Source: Dehalococcoidia bacterium (lineage in GTDB: Bacteria > Chloroflexota > Dehalococcoidia > Lucifugimonadales > QGNO01). Taken from it: a stretch of DNA of 64,000 nt. The position numbers were made by a program, and so were the translations under genes. The notes beneath the pieces were generated by a model. The model saw nothing but the letters and a program-made list of their open reading frames with translations, did no database searches and had not been told where the DNA came from. Within the stretch, counting starts at the first letter, position 1. Each line of letters opens with the position of its first letter. Of this stretch, positions 58,290-64,000 are shown one piece after another. Location of the stretch: contig CBDHCW010000025.1 in the NCBI GenBank assembly GCA_965261445.1, forward strand, positions 13,870-77,869, written 5' to 3'.

Positions 58290-59015
58290 TCAAGAGGCCT
58301 CGTGGTCGAGAAGTTGCGCCAGGTGCATGGGTTGAGTCTTAATATTTCTCCGCGATAGACCCCCGGCAATGTGCATTAGGCAGCCGGGATCGCAGGCAAC
58401 GACTGCATCGGCGGCCGTTTTTTCTATCTGGTCCAGCTTGCTATTGAGGATGGCCCCGGAAATCTCTGGGTACTTCACGGCAAACGTCCCCCCAAACCCA
58501 CAGCATTCGCTTTCGCCTTGAAGCGGAACAAGCCGGGCTCCCTTCACGGTTCGAATGAGCTGCTGGCTTTCCGTGGAGGCCCCCAGCTCGCGGAGCAGGT
58601 GGCAAGAAGCGTGGTAGGTGATCCTTCCGTTGTAGCTTGCGCCCACCCTGGATACGCCCATGACGTTGACCAGGAACTGCGAGAACTCATGGGTGCGGTT
58701 CGATAGGGCTTGAGCGGGCTCGGCCAGGGTGGGGTGGTCGCTCAGCATTTCAGGGATGAATATCTTGAGCATAGAGGCGCAAGAACCTGATGGTACGACG
58801 ACATATTCGCTATTCGCGAACAGCTCGATGAAGCGTTCCGCCAGAGGCAACGCCCGGCTGGTGAATCCTGAGTTATAGGCAGGCAGGCCACAGCACGTCT
58901 GGCCGGAGGGGAAGTCCACTTCCACGCCCCGCCGGCGCAGAACGTTGACAACACTCTCTCCAACTTCAGGAAAGAACTGATCTACTAGGCACGTGACAAA
59001 TAGAGAAGCCTTCAA
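58290..59015 (-). CDS. lutA: Lactate utilization protein LutA/LldE (CCG-domain Fe-S oxidoreductase)
   Basis: LFVTCLVDQFFPEVG...GQTCCGLP and ECCGFGGTF CCG motifs. Confidence 0.85.
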   Translation of the reverse strand: MKASLFVTCLVDQFFPEVGESVVNVLRRRGVEVDFPSGQTCCGLPAYNSGFTSRALPLAERFIELFANSEYVVVPSGSCASMLKIFIPEMLSDHPTLAEPAQALSNRTHEFSQFLVNVMGVSRVGASYNGRITYHASCHLLRELGASTESQQLIRTVKGARLVPLQGESECCGFGGTFAVKYPEISGAILNSKLDQIEKTAADAVVACDPGCLMHIAGGLSRRNIKTQPMHLAQLLDHEAS

Positions 59016-59287
59016 GTAAGACCCACTACGTCAAAATCGTCTTGGTAACGGTAGCAGAGGAGCGGGACAAGTGGCAAGAAACCAAAAGAAGATGTCCTGA
59101 GCAACTTAGGCCTCAGCAGACATTGGCTTCTTGCCATCACAGTTGCCTGATGCTGGCTTGCGGCCTCTGCCCGCTTCGTCCTCAGTTTGCTCAGGACTAG
59201 AGTAGTCTATCACGTGTGACACGTGGGCCTGTCAAGCATCTGACGGCACCAATTTTGGAGCAATTTTCCTCCAATAAACCCGGTGCG

Positions 59288-59315
59288 TTGACAGGTACTA
59301 AAAGTACGCTAAATA
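59288..59315 (+). promoter_or_regulatory. Candidate promoter for the DUF502 gene
   Basis: TTGACA (59288-59293), a 16-nt spacer, then TAAATA (59310-59315). Confidence 0.3.
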
Positions 59316-59352
59316 CTGATGTGTCCTATATTTAGGTAGAGGGGGTGTTGAT

Positions 59353-59967
59353 ATGAGCAAAGGAATTGGTGGGCATTTGAGGAGATCCTTTGTCAGGGGA
59401 CTTTTTGTCCTGATACCTGTTGTGCTTACTTATATGGTACTGAAGCTGCTCTTTGACATAGTAGACGGAGTATTGCAGCCTTTGGTGGAAATAGGATTTG
59501 GCAGCAGGATCCCCGGGCTTGGCATCCTCTTTCTTGTGGTACTGGTCTATTTAGTGGGTCTTCTGCTTGCCAATGTTCTGGGCCGCCAAATGGTTGATCT
59601 GTTGAAGAGAGGACTGCTTAGCATTCCTGTTGTTGGCAGCGTCTACTCCACGGCGGGCAAGCTCATAGACTCTTTCTCTGGCAGCAGCGATATGGGTTTC
59701 AAGCGCGTTGTGGTCATGGAGCACCCAAGAAAAGGGGTGTGGACCGTGGGTTTCCTCACCAGTTTCATAGAGGAGGTTCCCAGCAAACGAATGGCTATAG
59801 TTTACATACCTACCGCTCCTATGCCCAACTCGGGCTGGGTGGCCATCCTTCCCGTAGAAGAGGTCTACGATACCGACTTATCCATAGATACGGCGATGAA
59901 TCTGGTGCTGTCCGGCGGCATTACGGCGCCATCACAGTACAAGCGGATGGCCCTAGCGGCGGACTGA
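59353..59967 (+). CDS. DUF502 domain-containing membrane protein
   Basis: LRRSFVRGLFVLIPVVLTYMVLKLLF start and the conserved PNSGW region. Confidence 0.8.
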   Translation: MSKGIGGHLRRSFVRGLFVLIPVVLTYMVLKLLFDIVDGVLQPLVEIGFGSRIPGLGILFLVVLVYLVGLLLANVLGRQMVDLLKRGLLSIPVVGSVYSTAGKLIDSFSGSSDMGFKRVVVMEHPRKGVWTVGFLTSFIEEVPSKRMAIVYIPTAPMPNSGWVAILPVEEVYDTDLSIDTAMNLVLSGGITAPSQYKRMALAAD

Positions 59968-60130
59968 TTTACACGACCCACAGATGCTTGATAGGTTGAT
60001 AAAACGCTCACTATGTTCAACCCCGTAGGAGGCAATAGATGACTCTGAGCCCCGGAGACAAAGCACCGCATTTCTCGTTGCCGGCTTCCACTGGTGAGAC
60101 CATCTCGCTGCCGGATGCGGTGGGGAGGAA
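59892..60130 (+). repeat. 239-bp direct repeat, copy A (DUF502 3' end + intergenic + first 27-28 codons of bcp)
   Basis: Aligns without gaps to 63102..63340 at a constant offset of 3210 bp, with 8 mismatches. Confidence 0.9.
60039..60120 (+). pseudogene. bcp 5' fragment (first ~27 codons), duplicated copy
   Basis: MTLSPGDKAPHFSLPASTGETISLPDA is identical to the start of the intact bcp at 63249. It then diverges at the junction. Confidence 0.85.
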
Positions 60131-60131
60131 T

Positions 60132-60224
60132 GATCCCGTAGTAGCGGCAGACATCACTCACCGGCACCCCTTGCTCATGCCATGCAACCCGTTGCTTGAT
60201 AGCGTACCAACTGCTAGTCTCCAC
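60132..60224 (-). pseudogene. Transposase N-terminal HTH stub (31 codons)
   Basis: A GTG start preceded by a GAGGAGG RBS. (M)ETSSWYAIKQRVAWHEQGVPVSDVCRYYGI resembles the N-terminal HTH of IS481/IS3-type transposases. It is cut off at the duplication junction. Confidence 0.5.
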
Positions 60225-60260
60225 TTGGGTGACCTCCTCTCATCGATTTGTTCCTTCTAA

Positions 60261-60305
60261 AGAACATCCTACATGAGAGTGTCACCCAAGTTTCATAACA
60301 TAAGA
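60261..60305 (-). repeat. 45-nt IS-end-like motif upstream of the transposase stub (copy of 21280..21324)
   Basis: AGAACATCCTACATGAGAGTGTCACCCAAGTTTCATAACATAAGA is the reverse complement of the 21280..21324 motif, with about 5 mismatches. Confidence 0.7.
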
Positions 60306-60396
60306 AAACTGACCCACTACCTAAATATAGACAGCAGAACCTTTACTATGCTAGCATTGTCCAGGTTTTAAGACGGTTGACAACTGAGGTGTTAAG

Positions 60397-62949
60397 ATGC
60401 TCAATGCGAAGCGACTGGCGGTGCCCACGATGGGACTACTTCTTCTGTTGGTTGGCCTGATTGGAAATGCCACTGCGGCCAATCCCCAAAGCTCCGCAAG
60501 TCCCCAAGCCGTCACACCTACGGAGGTGACGCTGAGTTCCGAGGAGTCGTGGAACTGCATTCTTAACCAGCATGAGATTACAGCCAACCTGGCTGCTGGC
60601 GTGATCGCCTCGGCGAACGGACGCATCGAATTCTTCCTCAACCGATTCCCGGATGCGGTTGGTGACATCGTCGAGGTAACGGGCAACACCAGCCCGACCA
60701 AGATGACCAACTCCTTGGCAGTTGTGAACACCAACTCAGACGGACAGGCCACCGCAACTCTGGTGGCCACACGGCCGGGCGATACCGACGTAACCGCCTT
60801 CGCACCCGGCATCCAGGATAATGGCACCCACAAGGTCTTTGGAGTTGTGCACTGGGTAGACGGGTGTCCCCAGTTCCCATCCGATGCAGAGAACCGCTTC
60901 AACACGCCTCACCCCATGAACGTAACCATAACCAACGTCTCGGATGGCAGCCCTGTCCAGGGCACGTCCGTCCGCTGGACCATAGTCGATGACGAGCCGA
61001 ACGCCCGGTTCGCAAACGCGGCGGAAGACAGCAACGTCATCACAACCACAACCGACTCCTCCGGACAGGCTTCCGTCACTCTTGAGCAGATAGACGCGCT
61101 CTTGGGTGACAACAGCGTGTTCATTGAAGTGCTGGAGCCGGGCGGCAAGACCATGTTCTCGCAAAGCATGCGGAAGCGGTGGACTCAGGCAATTCTGGAT
61201 GTAGAGGCAACCGGCTCCGCTCAGATCGGCCTGCTTGCCAACGCAACATACACTGTCTCGGTGACCAATACCGGTAACTTCGATGCAACGAGCACTGAGC
61301 TTACCGCCACGCTGCCTGCGGGTATGACCTACGTGTCCGCCACGGACGGAGGCACAGCGAGCGACTCTGTCGTAACCTGGAACCTTGGCACTATCGCAAT
61401 CGGCGGCTCCAGGTCGGTGGGACTTACAGCCCAGGGCACCCGCATAGGCGAACAGACAATCACGTACCAAGCGAGGTCTTCCGAGGGTCTCGGCGACGAC
61501 GACTCCACCGTAACGGAAGTCATAAGAGGCGGTCTGGAAGTCACCAAGACCGGACCGACCCAGGCTGACCTCAATGACGACGTCACCTACACCATTGAGG
61601 TGACCGGTACTGGCACTGGTGCAAGCACGGGTATCCAGTTGGTGGACACCATACCGGCGGGCATGAGCTTCGTCTCATCCAACCCGGAGGGCACTCAGAC
61701 CGACAGCCAGCTGTCGATTGATCTGGGTACGTTGAACCCGACCGAGAGAAGGTCGATCGCAGTGGTCCTGCGGGCGGACCAGACTGGCAACTGGACCAAC
61801 CAAGTGGCTGTGTCCTCCACCGAAGGCGCCACGGCCAGCGCCGAGGCCACGACCACGGTTGTCCGGCCAGCGCTGACCATCACCAAGACCGGGCCGGAAA
61901 CGGCTCTGATAAATGAGAGCTTTGCCTACATCGTAACGGTCTCCAACGACGGCACCGGTGTCGCCGGCAACACAACCGTAACCGACACCCTGCCTGAGGG
62001 TATGGAGCACGTCGGCAGCCTCCCGGCCGGTACTGTCTCAGAAGACGGCAGCACGGTGACCTGGAGCGTCGGCAGTCTGAACCCCGGCAGCTCGTCCATC
62101 ATCACGCTGACGGTCAGGGGGACAACGGCAGGCGCCAAGGTGAACACTGCGTCCGCCACCGCCGACAGGGTTGCCACGGAGCCTGAGAGTCAGGCAACCA
62201 CCACGATCCTAGTACCCGCCATAACGGTCGAAAAGATCGGTCGCACGGCGCTCTTCGTGGGCAACCAGGCAACCTACACCCTGACCGCCACCAACACCGG
62301 TGAGGCGACGTTGACCAGCGTGACAATCACCGACACGTTCGCAACCGGCATGTCCTACGTGGCGTCCAGCCCCGAGGGCACCATATCCGTGGGTGGCAAC
62401 ACCGTAACCTGGCAGGTTGGAGATCTGGCAATCGGTGGAGCGGCCACGGTCACCCTGACGTTGCAAGGCGACGAGGTGGGAACGATGATCAACACCGCCA
62501 CCACCACCGCCGCCGAGGGCGTCAGCGACGACGACGTGCTGAATGTCGCGATACTGGCTGCGGCTGGCGCCACAATCCAAATCACCGACTCCTTCGACCC
62601 GGTCAGGGAAGGTGAGCAGGTTGCCTTCACGGTGATCGTGAGCAACCAGGGTAGGTCGCCGATGACAGATGTGAGCGTGGCCGTCCCGGTGAAAGCTGAG
62701 TACTTCACCATCAACTCCACGTCGGACAGCACTAAAGCGACGATTGACGCGGCAAACTCGACGGTGACTTACAACCACGGCGAGGCGCTGGCCATGGGCG
62801 ACAGCTTCACGTTCTCCATCACGGCAACGGCAAACGAACTGCCCGAGGGCCAAATCAGACAAGACGCGGTCACCACCGCTACGCTGACCTACGCTGAGTT
62901 CTCGCAGCCGGTCAGCACCGACGAAGGCACAACGGTGATCGAGCAGTAG
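60397..62949 (+). CDS. Secreted DUF11-repeat (conserved repeat domain) surface protein with Ig-like N-terminal modules
   Basis: Signal peptide MLNAKRLAVPTMGLLLLLVGLIGNATA. At least five repeats follow the pattern (L/I)xVxKTGP...YTxxVxNxG...TDxLPxGMxYV. No obvious sortase or lipobox anchor. Confidence 0.8.
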   Translation: MLNAKRLAVPTMGLLLLLVGLIGNATAANPQSSASPQAVTPTEVTLSSEESWNCILNQHEITANLAAGVIASANGRIEFFLNRFPDAVGDIVEVTGNTSPTKMTNSLAVVNTNSDGQATATLVATRPGDTDVTAFAPGIQDNGTHKVFGVVHWVDGCPQFPSDAENRFNTPHPMNVTITNVSDGSPVQGTSVRWTIVDDEPNARFANAAEDSNVITTTTDSSGQASVTLEQIDALLGDNSVFIEVLEPGGKTMFSQSMRKRWTQAILDVEATGSAQIGLLANATYTVSVTNTGNFDATSTELTATLPAGMTYVSATDGGTASDSVVTWNLGTIAIGGSRSVGLTAQGTRIGEQTITYQARSSEGLGDDDSTVTEVIRGGLEVTKTGPTQADLNDDVTYTIEVTGTGTGASTGIQLVDTIPAGMSFVSSNPEGTQTDSQLSIDLGTLNPTERRSIAVVLRADQTGNWTNQVAVSSTEGATASAEATTTVVRPALTITKTGPETALINESFAYIVTVSNDGTGVAGNTTVTDTLPEGMEHVGSLPAGTVSEDGSTVTWSVGSLNPGSSSIITLTVRGTTAGAKVNTASATADRVATEPESQATTTILVPAITVEKIGRTALFVGNQATYTLTATNTGEATLTSVTITDTFATGMSYVASSPEGTISVGGNTVTWQVGDLAIGGAATVTLTLQGDEVGTMINTATTTAAEGVSDDDVLNVAILAAAGATIQITDSFDPVREGEQVAFTVIVSNQGRSPMTDVSVAVPVKAEYFTINSTSDSTKATIDAANSTVTYNHGEALAMGDSFTFSITATANELPEGQIRQDAVTTATLTYAEFSQPVSTDEGTTVIEQ

Positions 62950-62978
62950 CCTCTGCCAGTGCCGATTGGATCATCAAG

Positions 62979-63015
62979 CAGCCGGCAGGTGATAAACCTG
63001 CCGGCTGTTGCTTTG
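62979..63015 (+). terminator. Rho-independent terminator after the DUF11 gene
   Basis: 11-bp perfect stem cagccggcagg / cctgccggctg, loop tgataaa, followed by ttgctttg. Confidence 0.75.
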
Positions 63016-63101
63016 TAAGTGACTCACATGCCAACGCGAGGACGCCTGAGCTGAGAGCAACATCCCCTGGCTTCACCCGCGCTGCCGCGCAGGGTCATGG
63101 T

Positions 63102-63340
63102 GGCGATGAGCCTGGTGCTGTCCGGCGGCATTACGGCTCCATCGCAGTACAAGCGGATGGCCCTAGCGGCAGACTGATTTACACGACCCACAGATGCTTG
63201 ATAGGTTGATAAAACGTTCACTATGTTCAACCCCGTAGGAGGCAATAGATGACTCTGAGCCCCGGAGACAAAGCACCGCATTTCTCGTTGCCGGCTTCCA
63301 CTGGTGAGACCATCTCGCTGCCGGATGCGGCGGGCAGGAA
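63102..63340 (+). repeat. 239-bp direct repeat, copy B (DUF502 3' fragment + intergenic + start of the intact bcp)
   Basis: See 59892..60130. Confidence 0.9.
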
Positions 63341-63710
63341 GGTCGTACTTTACTTCTATCCCAAAGACGATACCCCCGGCTGCGTGAAGGAGGCCTGCAG
63401 CTTCCGCGACGCCAACGCTGAGCTGAGAGCGGCGGGCGTGGAGGTGCTGGGCGTCAGCGCCGACAGCCTGAAATCGCACCGGCGGTTCGTTGAGAAGTAC
63501 AAGCTGCCCTTTCCTCTTCTGTCGGACGAGGAGAAGACGGTGTCCACGGCCTACGGCGCCTGGGGCGAGAAGACGGCCTGGGGCAAGACGACGGTGGGGA
63601 TGAGGCGTATGACGTTCCTCATAGACGAGGAGGGGATGATCCAGAAGGTCTGGCCCAAGGTGAGACCGGATGGCCACGCGGAAGAGGTGCTGAAAGCCGT
63701 GAAGGCCTGA
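63249..63710 (+). CDS. bcp: Peroxiredoxin Bcp (thioredoxin-dependent thiol peroxidase)
   Basis: VVLYFYPKDDTPGCVKEACSFRD peroxidatic-Cys motif. 153 aa. AGGAGG RBS. Confidence 0.9.
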   Translation: MTLSPGDKAPHFSLPASTGETISLPDAAGRKVVLYFYPKDDTPGCVKEACSFRDANAELRAAGVEVLGVSADSLKSHRRFVEKYKLPFPLLSDEEKTVSTAYGAWGEKTAWGKTTVGMRRMTFLIDEEGMIQKVWPKVRPDGHAEEVLKAVKA

Positions 63711-63727
63711 GCGGTCTGCTATGCTCC

Positions 63728-64000
63728 TCAGCTGTCAGCGCTTTGCGGCGGGGCTGGAGGGACGTCGGCGTGGAGCCAGGCCTGGAACAGGTCATCGAGG
63801 TCTTGACCGGAGACCTGTTCCGCCACCTCCACGAAGTCGGATGTTGAGGCGTTGCCTCCGGCATGGCGAGACAGGTACTGGCGGAGCGTGCGGAAGAAGG
63901 CGTCGTCGCCGATTTCCCCGCGCAGGGCGTGAAGGGTCATGGCCCCTCTGATGTAGACCGCCGCCGTGAACGGGTCTTCGGGTTGCGGCTTACCGGGCGG
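63728..64000 (-). CDS. M1-family metallopeptidase, C-terminal part (partial; continues beyond the window)
   Basis: The frame is open to the window edge: ...AAVYIRGAMTLHALRGEIGDDAFFRTLRQYLSRHAGGNASTSDFVEVAEQVSGQDLDDLFQAWL. This is the typical post-catalytic helix region of M1 peptidases. Confidence 0.7.
   Translation of the reverse strand, partial: PPGKPQPEDPFTAAVYIRGAMTLHALRGEIGDDAFFRTLRQYLSRHAGGNASTSDFVEVAEQVSGQDLDDLFQAWLHADVPPAPPQSADS

Noticed and set aside
59865-60224. 119-aa minus-strand ORF here, and the 217-aa minus-strand ORF at 63024..63677.
   Set aside because: Beyond the first 31 codons (the transposase stub) the first ORF is antisense to the duplicated bcp/DUF502 segment. The second ORF is wholly antisense to bcp, which has an unmistakable peroxiredoxin signature.

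Overview
This is a 64-kb bacterial chromosomal segment read with the standard code. Genes are densely packed on both strands, and the backbone is roughly 60% GC by eye. I cannot assign a taxon. The GC-rich REP-like intergenic repeats and the DUF11 surface protein would fit a Chloroflexota-like genome, but that is only a guess.

Backbone genes:
- **Housekeeping:** a fumarase/aspartase-family lyase, ftsH, a GreA-family factor, bioY, nhaA, chrA, an MscS channel and tRNA-Asn(GTT).
- **Peptidases and hydrolases:** two M1 aminopeptidases (one partial at the right edge), an S9 peptidase, an S33-type lipoprotein hydrolase, an M20 amidohydrolase and an amidase.
- **Metabolism and transport:** a sarcosine/N-methyltryptophan oxidase, tenA, a SulP permease, an agmatinase-family enzyme, a MetE-like methyltransferase, OsmC, a rhodanese, a CoA-transferase, glycerate kinase, lutABC, a DUF502 protein and bcp.

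Accessory and decaying material superimposed on this backbone:
1. A type II R-M operon pairs an SPPY-type (N4-cytosine-like) methyltransferase with an MvaI/BcnI-family nuclease. The methyltransferase is cleanly split by a 1313-bp IS3-family element with a 3-bp CTG target duplication. The nuclease ORF stays intact.
2. A second, nearly identical IS3 copy lies 10.8 kb away in inverted orientation, with its own AAC duplication. It clips the 3' end of a gene for an Rx4H (HEPN-like) protein inside a small low-GC islet. That islet has also replaced the 5' half of an epimerase gene.
3. A DUF433/DUF5615 toxin-antitoxin pair is bracketed by ~110-bp direct repeats, near a truncated sbcD and the tRNA-Asn gene.
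4. A 3.2-kb insertion carries an 850-aa DUF11-repeat secreted protein and a 31-codon transposase stub. It is bracketed by a 239-bp direct duplication of the DUF502-bcp junction.
5. Two degenerate copies of an HTH-gene remnant, ~315-345 bp each, lie 19 kb apart. Several other short dispersed repeat families are present.
6. A lower-GC block at about 40.8-49.3 kb holds an amidase, a peptide-type ABC importer and two other genes. The importer has no ATPase genes, and one of its permease genes has an in-frame TGA. The other two genes are an atypical LuxR regulator and an MFS transporter.

I found no CRISPR array, rRNA or intact prophage. The two observations I rank highest are the IS-inactivated R-M operon and the IS-clipped HEPN-like islet. 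Neither can be shown to be a new system from sequence alone.
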